Below, piece by piece: positions 10,554 through 19,134 of a stretch of DNA of 64,000 nucleotides. Location: assembly GCA_947476925.1 (NCBI GenBank), contig CANJSF010000001.1:145470-209469 (forward strand), read 5' to 3'. The notes beneath the pieces are model-generated. The model had not been told where the DNA came from and ran no database searches. It saw nothing but the letters and a program-made list of their open reading frames with translations. The position numbers and the translations under genes were made by a program. Positions within the stretch are counted from its first letter, which is position 1; the number at the start of each line of letters is the position of its first letter. Source of the stretch: Rhodospirillaceae bacterium. GTDB taxonomy: Bacteria > Pseudomonadota > Alphaproteobacteria > Rhodospirillales > Rhodospirillaceae.

Positions 10554-11810
10554 GTGCACGTTGCGGTCTTAGGCGCCGGAGTCATTGGAACCACGACCGC
10601 CTTGGCTTTGGCCGATGACGGTCATCAGGTATCGGTCATCGATCGTCAACTTGGGCCCGCGTTGGAAACCAGCTTTGCCAACGGCGCACAAATTTCGGCC
10701 TGCCACGCCAAACCTTGGGCCGGGCCCGGAACACCGTGGCAGGCTTTCAAGTGGATGTGGCAGCCCGACGCGCCGTTGCTGTTTCGGCCGTGGCGTTGGG
10801 ACCCGCCCCTATGGGCTTGGGGAATGCGGTTTTTGGCCAATTGCACGACGGGCCGCGCCGCCACAAACATGGAACGCGCGCTGCGCGTCTCGCTTTACAG
10901 CCGACAGGTTCTCGCTTCGCTGCGCCAACGCACGAACATTCAATACGACCAAGTGCTGCAAGGTATTTTGCACATTTACCGAACGCCCGAAGAATTTGCC
11001 GAAGGCCGCCGCAATGCCGAAAATTTGTCGGCCATGGGGCTGCCGCAGGACATTTTAAGCGCCGCAGAATGCCTTCGGCTCGAGCCAGCCCTGGCCCATG
11101 TCGCGCAGCGTGATTTGGTCGGCGGCCTAATGAGCCCGGCCGATGAAAGCGGCGATGCACAAGTATTTGCCACCGAAGTGGCCAAATTAGCTGCCGCGCG
11201 CGGGGTGGCGTTTCGATGGGGCGAAACCATCACGGGCATCGAGGCTGATCGCGGGCACATTCAGCGCGTGCGCACAAATAAGGGCACCGTCGAGGCTGAT
11301 ATCTTTGTTTTGGCCGCCGGTAGTTATAGCCCCATGCTGGCGCGCGACTTAGGGCTGAAATTGCCCGTTTATCCAGCCAAGGGCTACTCGATCACCGTCG
11401 AAATCGACACGCCTGCGGCAGCGCCAACCATCAGCATCACCGACGAAACGCGGTTTATGGTTTTCTCTCGGTTGGGCAATAAAATGCGCGTGGCCGGTAC
11501 CGCAGAGTTGGCGGGTTGGGATACCAAACTTGATCCAGTGCGGGTTGACCCACTCATCCGTAACGCGAAGGAATTATTCCCGGCGGCTTCGGACTACAGG
11601 AACGTAAACCCTTGGTGCGGCCTGCGCCCCGCCACACCTGATTCGGTTCCCATTATCGGGGCAACGCCGATCAACAACCTGATGCTCAACACCGGTCATG
11701 GAACACTCGGTTGGACCATGGCCACAGGCTCGGCCCGCATCATTGCGGATCTCATTTCCGGGCGCACGCCGGAAATTGAAATGACAGGCCTGGGGCTAGA
11801 CAGGTTTTAA
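10554..11810 (+). CDS. FAD-dependent oxidoreductase, D-amino-acid dehydrogenase (DadA)-like
   Basis: N-terminal dinucleotide fold VHVAVLGAGVIGTTTALALADDGHQVSVIDR, DAO-family length and a GHGTLGW-type C-terminus. GTG 10554 is preceded by GGAG; TTG 10542 is an alternative. Confidence 0.8.
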   Translation: MHVAVLGAGVIGTTTALALADDGHQVSVIDRQLGPALETSFANGAQISACHAKPWAGPGTPWQAFKWMWQPDAPLLFRPWRWDPPLWAWGMRFLANCTTGRAATNMERALRVSLYSRQVLASLRQRTNIQYDQVLQGILHIYRTPEEFAEGRRNAENLSAMGLPQDILSAAECLRLEPALAHVAQRDLVGGLMSPADESGDAQVFATEVAKLAAARGVAFRWGETITGIEADRGHIQRVRTNKGTVEADIFVLAAGSYSPMLARDLGLKLPVYPAKGYSITVEIDTPAAAPTISITDETRFMVFSRLGNKMRVAGTAELAGWDTKLDPVRVDPLIRNAKELFPAASDYRNVNPWCGLRPATPDSVPIIGATPINNLMLNTGHGTLGWTMATGSARIIADLISGRTPEIEMTGLGLDRF

Positions 11811-12001
11811 GTGCTTTGGCGCTTGGGCTTTGGCTTGCCATAGCCGCAATCACATTTCGACGATGGCTTCACGACTTTAGCAATGAGTGGCGAGCCTTTG
11901 ACGTTGCGATCACTCGGCTCCCAGCGGAACTCTGCACCGCACTTATCGCAATTCTGGCGGCGCGGTAACTGCGGCTGTTGGTCAACTTGATCTTTCGGCA
12001 T
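11807..12001 (-). CDS. Small Cys4 zinc-ribbon-like protein with a Lys-rich tail, function unknown
   Basis: 64 aa with CDKC...CDCG spacing. It lies 30 nt downstream of the 217-aa gene on the same strand. No family recognised. Confidence 0.45.
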   Translation of the reverse strand: MPKDQVDQQPQLPRRQNCDKCGAEFRWEPSDRNVKGSPLIAKVVKPSSKCDCGYGKPKPKRQST

Positions 12002-12031
12002 AACCCCTCCCCGCGCCTATCACCTTCAATT

Positions 12032-12685
12032 CTAGTGCTTCGATACGCGCTCGACTAATTTTGCAGGCGCGCCGAACGCCAACGCGCGGCACTCAATGCC
12101 CATCTGACCCGTTGTTCCAGTGCGCGGTAACCCGAGCACGACCGACGGCGTTTCAGAATACAACCGGTAAACAATCTGCGGCATCCACATGTCATCTGTC
12201 AGGGCGGTCTTGCCCGCCAATTCGAAGGCGTCGCGGTCGGCAAAAAAATGTGCAGAACCTCCTCCTTTCGCAGGCTTGCCAATGATGACAGCCATCGGAA
12301 AGCCCGGATGCGATAAGAATTCCTTGGCATCGCGAATGACAATGCCGCCGTCAGTCTTGCGCTCAATCGAGATGACACGCGGCACAGATTCTGCGGGATC
12401 GGCATATTTTTCCCTCGTCGCGGCCGCCGCAATCCAGCGCACGGTGTCACGCACAAAGACTTGTGCTTCGGGCTCGAAGAACACACGCCACAAATAGTCG
12501 TAAGCAAAAGTCCGCCGTTGTTCGTCGTTTTTCAAATCCAACCCAGCAGCTTTGACGCCGGGTTTTAGGAACCGATCCGCCGCGCGGCCGAAGTCAGCTT
12601 CCGACAAATAAGTGAACCCATAGCCCTTGGTGTCATGGAGCTTGACCAGGATGACATCGGGGTGGCGGCGGGCGGCGTCAGACAC
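12032..12685 (-). CDS. Hypothetical protein (217 aa), no recognisable domain
   Basis: Long ORF with no comparably long competing ORF on the opposite strand (only ~100-aa ORFs at 12189..12497 and 12199..12507 overlap it). No family recognised from the sequence. Confidence 0.6.
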   Translation of the reverse strand: MSDAARRHPDVILVKLHDTKGYGFTYLSEADFGRAADRFLKPGVKAAGLDLKNDEQRRTFAYDYLWRVFFEPEAQVFVRDTVRWIAAAATREKYADPAESVPRVISIERKTDGGIVIRDAKEFLSHPGFPMAVIIGKPAKGGGSAHFFADRDAFELAGKTALTDDMWMPQIVYRLYSETPSVVLGLPRTGTTGQMGIECRALAFGAPAKLVERVSKH

Positions 12686-12801
12686 GGATGGCGCTCACAA
12701 GCTTAAAAAGACCTACAATTCAGATACTTAGCATAAATGGCAACGTTTGTCGCTACTAATCGTTTGTATTGTGTTGGGGGGGCACAAAGGATGGTGCCTC
12801 G

Positions 12802-13410
12802 ATGCCTCGCGTAAAATGCCTACCCGAAATCAAACCTGCGGAGGTGATCGCCAGTTTTCTATCCGCCATGACCGCAGCTGCCGAGCGAACTTTCCCCATG
12901 TGGAACAAGCTCTACCTGGATGGCCTGGTTGATGTCGCACCGGAAGGCAGCCCACTTTACGACCAACTGGCTGCCCACCAGCCGATTGATGATTTTTACT
13001 ATGCTGGGGTTGTCGCCTATGAGGCCGCCAAGATACGTCGCTACCTCGACCCCGACAACGCGAGCCAACTGCTCTCTGAACTTGCAGCACAAGTTGATCA
13101 CGCGGCGCGGCGATCGGATCGCACTGTATCTGACCTCGTATTTTTTATAATGGGTCGCATCGAATTGGAATCGGGTGCGGAACTGATGACCATGCCCTAC
13201 GACAAGGTCGTGCAAATAATTCTCCAGCGAATTGGCCTTGAGCAACACGATTCCACAAAACCGCTGATGAACGATTTCGCATACCGTCATGGCCTGGGCG
13301 AGCCCCTCGCGCGCGGTATTCCGGCGTGGTGGAAAAATTATGCGGCGCAGATCAAGCGAGCCGCCGTCGCCTCGAACCATTCCGGGAACATTGGCATTGC
13401 CGCAGAGTAA
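12802..13410 (+). CDS. Hypothetical protein (about 202 aa), no recognisable domain
   Basis: ORF 12769..13410. ATG 12802 (MPRVK) follows an AAGGA. It is divergent from the 217-aa gene. No family recognised. Confidence 0.55.
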   Translation: MPRVKCLPEIKPAEVIASFLSAMTAAAERTFPMWNKLYLDGLVDVAPEGSPLYDQLAAHQPIDDFYYAGVVAYEAAKIRRYLDPDNASQLLSELAAQVDHAARRSDRTVSDLVFFIMGRIELESGAELMTMPYDKVVQIILQRIGLEQHDSTKPLMNDFAYRHGLGEPLARGIPAWWKNYAAQIKRAAVASNHSGNIGIAAE

Positions 13411-13412
13411 AG

Positions 13413-14603
13413 CTAGCTGGCTGCACTAAACATCCGGCGAGGCAGCACGAACGAAACGGTCGAAAGAAGTGCGGCCAGAAACATGAAAATGCCTAGCGTG
13501 TTGGGCGTTCCGTCCTGGATGCTGCCTGCAACCTGCGCAAACACCGCCGATAAGGACAGCTGAATGAACGACAGCAAGCCCGATGCTGTGCCCGACAACT
13601 CAGGGTTTACGCTGACGGCGCCGGCAGTTGCGTTTGGCAACGACATACCGTTGGCAATTCCCATCAGCGTGACGGGCGCAAACACAGCCCAAATGTTCCA
13701 ATATCCCGTTTCGAGTAGGCAAAATGTGATGAATGTCGAACTGACGGCAAACAGCAAACCAATGCCGATCATGCGATCAATGCCTAGCCGTTCAGACAAC
13801 CGGTTCGCTGCAACGTTGCCGCCCAAGTATCCGACAGTTGAGAGGATGAATCCGAGACCATACTCGGTGGCCGAATAATGCATCACGGTAATGAGGGCAT
13901 AGGGCGCAGCGGAGAGAAACACGTAAAACGTTGCAATCATGAAAGCGCTCTGTAGCGCGTACGCCATAAATTGAGGTGAGCGTGCCAGATGCGCGTAGCC
14001 AGATACCAAGCTTGTCATATCCGGCAACGCGATAAGCTTGGTGTTCGTCTCGGGCAGACGCGCCGCCGCGAAGGCAAATACTGCACCGACAAAAACCGTG
14101 ATAAAGACAAAGTTGCCACGCCAACCAGTGAGGTCGACGAGCGCACCGCCGACGATAGGTGCCATCATGGGCGCAAGCACCATGACCGCGATTAGCGATG
14201 CTAAGGCTGCAGCGGCTTTCTCACGCCCATAGAGGTCACGTACGATCGCGCGGGAGATCACCACGCATGCCGCGCCACCAAAACCTTGAAACAGGCGCCC
14301 CGCGACCAACGTTTCAATGGTTGGGGCAAACACGCACGCCAAGTTGCCGCAAAAGAACATGGCCAATCCCGACAACATCATCGGACGGCGACCAAACCGA
14401 TCTGACAGGACGCCCCAAAACAAAGTTCCAATCGCAATTGCCATCAGCGGAAGACTGACCGCAAGCTGCACTTGCGCCGGCGAAACATTGAAATATTTTT
14501 GCACCGAGGGAAGTGCTGGCAAAAACACCTGAATGGCAAACGAGCTTGAGGCAATCGTTAGCGCAAGAATCGCTTTCAATAGTTTATGATTTGATTCAGA
14601 CAT
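13413..14603 (-). CDS. MFS transporter, Bcr/CflA drug-resistance-like
   Basis: 396 aa with about 12 hydrophobic segments and the MFS loop 2-3 motif GVLSDRFGRRP. Confidence 0.88.
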   Translation of the reverse strand: MSESNHKLLKAILALTIASSSFAIQVFLPALPSVQKYFNVSPAQVQLAVSLPLMAIAIGTLFWGVLSDRFGRRPMMLSGLAMFFCGNLACVFAPTIETLVAGRLFQGFGGAACVVISRAIVRDLYGREKAAAALASLIAVMVLAPMMAPIVGGALVDLTGWRGNFVFITVFVGAVFAFAAARLPETNTKLIALPDMTSLVSGYAHLARSPQFMAYALQSAFMIATFYVFLSAAPYALITVMHYSATEYGLGFILSTVGYLGGNVAANRLSERLGIDRMIGIGLLFAVSSTFITFCLLETGYWNIWAVFAPVTLMGIANGMSLPNATAGAVSVNPELSGTASGLLSFIQLSLSAVFAQVAGSIQDGTPNTLGIFMFLAALLSTVSFVLPRRMFSAAS

Positions 14604-14638
14604 GAAAAATCAGGTGATCAACGGAAATGACGATGTCG

Positions 14639-15472
14639 CTATTCGGCGGCTGCCGCAATGGCGCACGGCTCGCACGCGACCTCAGTACTCATAGCGACCT
14701 CGCCGACGAGTTGCCGTGCGAGGTTCAACGCACCTTCGCCCGGCGCAGCAAAAGCAAGTTTGCTTTGGCGCACGCCTAACGACAGCAACATTTCTGTCGC
14801 CGCATAACCTGCGGTCATGGGCTCAACAACCGGCACGGCCAGCCGCTGAGCAATCAATGAACCAATCGGCGCCATGCATGTGCAGCCCAAGGCAATCGTA
14901 TCGACGCCCATCTTTGCGATGGCCTGCTCAGCTGCGGCAACAATCCGTTCGATCATCGCCGATTTTGCCCCGCGCATCGCAACCACCGGGTCTTGCTCGG
15001 TCCCGCGCAGCCCCATTTCGGTATCATCGAGAACATTGACCAGCCCGCCGAACCTGGCCGCCATGCCGCACGAGGCCACGCGCTCTTCAAAAATGAAGTT
15101 CAAGCTTTTCGGCCAAATTGTGATAATCGCAAACTTGCGGCCCAGCATGGCTGCCAAACTCATGGCAGATTCACCGGCGCCGACGACTGGAATGCGTAAT
15201 GCTGATTTCAACTCGGTGATGCCGTAATCCCCAAATGTGTTGATTAAGACAGCGTCATAGCCTTCATCTTGCGCGCGAATCCCCGCTTCGATGTAACCCA
15301 ACGCCGCGATACCGCGCTCGTAAGGCGTGCCGGGAAACACCGAAAGCTTGGTCTCTATCAACTCAGGCCGAAACCCAGGTCCAGCGATGGCTGCAATTTC
15401 GCTCGGCGGAATTTTATCCCCGGTTGGCGAAAAGCCCGTCCCGATAATCGCGATCCGCTGAATTGCCACCAC
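14639..15472 (-). CDS. Asp/Glu/hydantoin racemase family protein
   Basis: 277 aa. The pattern AVLINTFGDYG ... IALGCTCM resembles hydantoin-racemase/Asp-Glu-racemase superfamily members with two catalytic Cys regions. It starts 1 nt after the upstream aminotransferase stop. Confidence 0.7.
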   Translation of the reverse strand: MVAIQRIAIIGTGFSPTGDKIPPSEIAAIAGPGFRPELIETKLSVFPGTPYERGIAALGYIEAGIRAQDEGYDAVLINTFGDYGITELKSALRIPVVGAGESAMSLAAMLGRKFAIITIWPKSLNFIFEERVASCGMAARFGGLVNVLDDTEMGLRGTEQDPVVAMRGAKSAMIERIVAAAEQAIAKMGVDTIALGCTCMAPIGSLIAQRLAVPVVEPMTAGYAATEMLLSLGVRQSKLAFAAPGEGALNLARQLVGEVAMSTEVACEPCAIAAAAE

Positions 15473-16615
15473 TTAAGCCTTCTTGAAGTGTGCACGCATG
15501 GCATCGAGGAATTGCGGCATCTGTTCGACACGGCCCATGCTGACGCGGCACCAGGTATCATACGGCGCAAAAGGCCGGCCGACAGCGACACCCTTCTGGC
15601 GCATGGCTATTGAAAACTCACGGAGCGGCTTGCCCGTGTCAAACATTACAAAATTGGCTTGGCTTTTGGTGTAGCGCAGGCCCAACTCGTCGAGTGTTTT
15701 GCAAGTCATGGTCAGGCACTCGCGTACTAGTTTGCGACTGCTCGCCATGAACTCTTTGTCTTGATAGCTGGCGACGCCTGCGACCAAGCCCATCTTGTTG
15801 GGCGAGGACATCCGCACTTCATTCATGCGTTTGATAATGTCTGGTCGTGCCAACGCAAAGCCCAAGCGCAATCCCGCCATGCCATGAATTTTGGAAAATG
15901 TACGGGCGATAATGACATTTTTGCCCGCGCGCACCTGGTCGACCATAGCGCTTCCGGCCGGATCATCGACGAGGTCAATATATGCTTCATCCACCAAGAC
16001 CATCGCCCGCGACGCCGCTACGCCGATAAAACTGCGCAAGTCTTTCGTCTGCACCATGGTAGCCGTGGGGTTGTTGGGATTGCAGATGTAAATCAATCCA
16101 GTCTTGTTAGTGATGCGCCCTTCCATGCCGGCAAGGTCGTGCTTCATGTCTTTGTCGAGATCAACCCACACCAACTGGCCGCCGACTTTTTCTGCGTAGT
16201 CTGGACCTTGCTCGAACGTGGGACGGGCGGCGATCATCTCGCTGCCTTGCGAGCCATAAAGCAATGACACAATACGCAAAACTTCTGCCGACCCTTCGGT
16301 GATGATCACATTATCAGGTGAAAGGCCTTCACGTTCGGCGATCAATTTCGCCAGCGCCGGCATTTCTGCTGTTGCGTATTTCCAGCCTTCGCTCATCGCG
16401 GCCATCATTGCTTGTTTGGCGCTTTCTGATGGTCCGTAGGGATTTTCATTGGCGCTCAGGCGCAACAATTCGCCCCCACCGGCTGGGGGAGTATAACTTT
16501 GGGCACGGGCATTTGGCGCTTGAAGGCCAGCAAGCGCCGCCCCCACAAAAGCGGTTCCGGCAGTGCGGAAAACATCGCGGCGCGAGGCATGCGACGGCAT
16601 GGATAGAGTTTTCAT
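15473..16615 (-). CDS. Class I/II PLP-dependent aminotransferase (histidinol-phosphate aminotransferase-like) with a twin-arginine signal peptide
   Basis: LSANENPYGP and NPNNPT motifs plus an SKIHGMAGLRLG Lys region typical of HisC-like enzymes. The N-terminus MKTLSMPSHASRRDVFRTAGTAFVGAALAGLQAPNARAQ is a textbook Tat leader. Start set at ATG 16615. Confidence 0.8.
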   Translation of the reverse strand: MKTLSMPSHASRRDVFRTAGTAFVGAALAGLQAPNARAQSYTPPAGGGELLRLSANENPYGPSESAKQAMMAAMSEGWKYATAEMPALAKLIAEREGLSPDNVIITEGSAEVLRIVSLLYGSQGSEMIAARPTFEQGPDYAEKVGGQLVWVDLDKDMKHDLAGMEGRITNKTGLIYICNPNNPTATMVQTKDLRSFIGVAASRAMVLVDEAYIDLVDDPAGSAMVDQVRAGKNVIIARTFSKIHGMAGLRLGFALARPDIIKRMNEVRMSSPNKMGLVAGVASYQDKEFMASSRKLVRECLTMTCKTLDELGLRYTKSQANFVMFDTGKPLREFSIAMRQKGVAVGRPFAPYDTWCRVSMGRVEQMPQFLDAMRAHFKKA

Positions 16616-16736
16616 GTGATCAACCTTTTTATTTGGACTGCGCAGGTGAACCTCCACCAGCATGCCGCAGGTCCGGCGCTGCTACAACGGGGGCGAAAGG
16701 CATTATTGGTCGGGAAGTCACTGGGTGGCCCCCCAA

Positions 16737-17171
16737 TCAAGGCCCAGGACTGACCACTATTGCCTGAAAGCCTTGGCTCTGATCCGGGCAAGTAAAAGCC
16801 GCCACGTGGGGATGCGGACTGAGCGCCACGATTAGCCAAATCGCGTCCGGGTCATGAGCCATGGACAGGTCAAATGCGGACGGCGCAGCCGGCCCGTTGG
16901 GATGCGAATGAAAATGCCCGACGATTCGCTGTGGGGTTCCCCGCAACCGTCTTAGGAGATCAAACTGGGCTTGCGGGTCGATCTCAAATCGATGAGTCGG
17001 CTCTGGCGACACATTCTCAGCCTCAAATATCGATTCAACGGTGATATCGCTATGCCCTGAGCCAACGAGTAAGCCGCACCGTTCCTGGTCGGGGCGTTTG
17101 CGAACAGCAGCAAAAATTTGGTCACGGAGAACGGGCGCAATAATCAAGCGATTCGGACACGCCGGCATCAT
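16737..17171 (-). CDS. JAMM/MPN+ family metalloprotease-like protein
   Basis: 144 aa with an upstream Glu (QERCGLLVG) and an intact HFHSHPNGPAAPSAFD (HxHx7Sx2D) motif. Confidence 0.8.
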   Translation of the reverse strand: MMPACPNRLIIAPVLRDQIFAAVRKRPDQERCGLLVGSGHSDITVESIFEAENVSPEPTHRFEIDPQAQFDLLRRLRGTPQRIVGHFHSHPNGPAAPSAFDLSMAHDPDAIWLIVALSPHPHVAAFTCPDQSQGFQAIVVSPGP

Positions 17172-17507
17172 CTAGGGCGCCAATGGCGTGGTATATGTGG
17201 TTGAGAGCAACTTGCCGCTTCGAATGTCAACAACAACGATACGGTCGGGGCGCGAGCCGCCCTTCAGTGTCAAGATTAGCTGTGAGGTGCCAGAAGTTGT
17301 GACAGCCACAATTTCGGTGCCAGATGGCTGGCCAAGGTCGCTGACCGTGGGCGACGCCGGGGACGCCGAGGACACATTCACCGGCTCGCTTTTTGTGCCC
17401 AATCTGACAACACCATACACGACGAAGCCGAGAGCAATGACAATGGCAACGCCCAGAACAATAACGAGCGTTTTGAGAAACGGGGCAGGTTGCATGTGAG
17501 TTGCCAT
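17172..17507 (-). CDS. Small membrane-anchored protein, function unknown
   Basis: One N-terminal TM helix (TLVIVLGVAIVIALGFVVYGVV) then a Ser/Thr-rich beta-like region. Its stop abuts the JAMM gene start. Start set at ATG 17507. Confidence 0.55.
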   Translation of the reverse strand: MATHMQPAPFLKTLVIVLGVAIVIALGFVVYGVVRLGTKSEPVNVSSASPASPTVSDLGQPSGTEIVAVTTSGTSQLILTLKGGSRPDRIVVVDIRSGKLLSTTYTTPLAP

Positions 17508-17593
17508 TTCGCTGCTATATAACGACCAAGGTGACGAACGTTGAAGCACACTGTATCGTCCTCTCACCGTAAATATGAAGTCTGACCTTCGCA

Positions 17594-18622
17594 ATGGCCG
17601 CCACACAATCTCACGCCCTCAGCGGCACAACGCGCCAATTCACCAGTGATGATGAAGGTGTAGGTCAGCGCCTTGATCGCTGGCTGACCAGCCAAAACCC
17701 AGATTTGTCGCGCTCACGCGTCAAGCAACTCATCGACTCAGGCCAGGTTCGGGTTGTTGGGCAAAGAGACATTGATGCCTCGATGGTTCTCAAGTTCGGT
17801 CAGCAGATTGAACTCACGATCCCGGCCCCAATCGAGACCCATATCGCTGCGCAAGCAATTGACCTTGAAGTCATCTTTGAAGATGCACACGTTATTGTCG
17901 TTAACAAACCGGCTGGGCTGGTTGTTCATCCAGCCGCTGGCAACCCCGACCACACGTTAGTGAACGCCCTACTCGCTCACTGTGGCGATAGCCTGCGTGG
18001 CATTGGCGGCGAATTGCGCCCCGGCATCGTGCACCGCCTGGATAAAGATACCAGCGGGCTCTTGGTTGCGGCAAAAAGTGGTCATGCGCATGCCGAACTG
18101 GCCGAGCAATTCGCGGCTCACACCATCGCACGCACGTACGATGCATTGGTCTGGGGAAGCCCAACTCCGCGCAAAGGTATCATCATGGGTGACATCGGAC
18201 GAAGCCCCAATGATCGCAAAAAAATGGCGTTGCGAAAAATTGGCGGCAAACACGCCGAGACCCATTTTGAGACGCTGGAATCGTTTGGAACTGTCAGTGC
18301 CTGGGTACGCTGCACTTTGAAAACGGGGCGCACACATCAAATTCGTGTGCACATGACCTCGCGTGGGCATTCCCTCATTGGCGATAAAACTTATGGGTCG
18401 GCGCCCGGTCAGCTGGCCAGCGTCCTTGGCAAAGAAGCTGCCAACATCGCTCGCGCGTTCCCGCGGCAAGCTTTACATGCGCGCTTGCTCGGCTTTAAGC
18501 ACCCGATTTCAGGAAAAATGATGCGCTTCGAGCAAGATCCGCCCGATGATTTTCAGAATTTAGTGGCGTTGCTACGCGCGGCGTCGAAAAAGAATTCAAA
18601 AGCTAAGCCAAAGAAGCGTTAG
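17594..18622 (+). CDS. rluD: RluA/RluD-family 23S rRNA pseudouridine synthase
   Basis: An S4 domain (RLDRWL), the catalytic HRLDKDTSGLLV motif and a RTHQIRVH motif. Confidence 0.92.
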   Translation: MAATQSHALSGTTRQFTSDDEGVGQRLDRWLTSQNPDLSRSRVKQLIDSGQVRVVGQRDIDASMVLKFGQQIELTIPAPIETHIAAQAIDLEVIFEDAHVIVVNKPAGLVVHPAAGNPDHTLVNALLAHCGDSLRGIGGELRPGIVHRLDKDTSGLLVAAKSGHAHAELAEQFAAHTIARTYDALVWGSPTPRKGIIMGDIGRSPNDRKKMALRKIGGKHAETHFETLESFGTVSAWVRCTLKTGRTHQIRVHMTSRGHSLIGDKTYGSAPGQLASVLGKEAANIARAFPRQALHARLLGFKHPISGKMMRFEQDPPDDFQNLVALLRAASKKNSKAKPKKR

Positions 18623-19127
18623 ACAGACCTGAATTCGCTTTGTCTTTTTTCTCGGGCTCGTACACCGACTCAACTTCGGGGCCCCATTTTTGCACCAGTT
18701 CTTTTTGCTGGTCTCGCAAGGCCGCAATACGACGCCCTGCCCCCATGGCCATAAATGATCCCAGCAATGCTGGCATGGTCGAGTAAATGGCCCAGCCAAA
18801 CCCGGCCGCGCTATAGATCACCATGTAGGCCCAGACATTGGTGATGACATCAATTGCGCCATCAACAGTGTGATTGTGAATCCAAAGATCGGTGAGGTAT
18901 GGCGCTGCCCCCGCCAAATTCAGACTGCCAACGGTTACGCCGCAGTGCCACCCCTTGCCGCGCTCAACCAAAAACGCCACGCCAGTCGGCAGCAGCGCCA
19001 CCGAAAGCACAACGATTGTTGGTATAATCGCGAACGAAACGCCGGTAGCAATTAGCACATACAAAAATGCGTTGCTTTTTGTACTTGCTGGCGGTGGCAT
19101 AGACTTAGCGACAGGTGCTTTGGCCAT
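18603..19127 (-). CDS. Polytopic (about 4 TM) membrane protein, function unknown, coupled to the upstream kinase-like gene
   Basis: ORF 18603..19154 with hydrophobic segments FLYVLIATGVSFAIIPTIVVLSVALL and VWAYMVIYSAAGFGWAIY. ATG 19127 lies 7 nt after the upstream stop. Confidence 0.6.
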   Translation of the reverse strand: MAKAPVAKSMPPPASTKSNAFLYVLIATGVSFAIIPTIVVLSVALLPTGVAFLVERGKGWHCGVTVGSLNLAGAAPYLTDLWIHNHTVDGAIDVITNVWAYMVIYSAAGFGWAIYSTMPALLGSFMAMGAGRRIAALRDQQKELVQKWGPEVESVYEPEKKDKANSGLSNASLA

Positions 19128-19134
19128 TGCGCCC

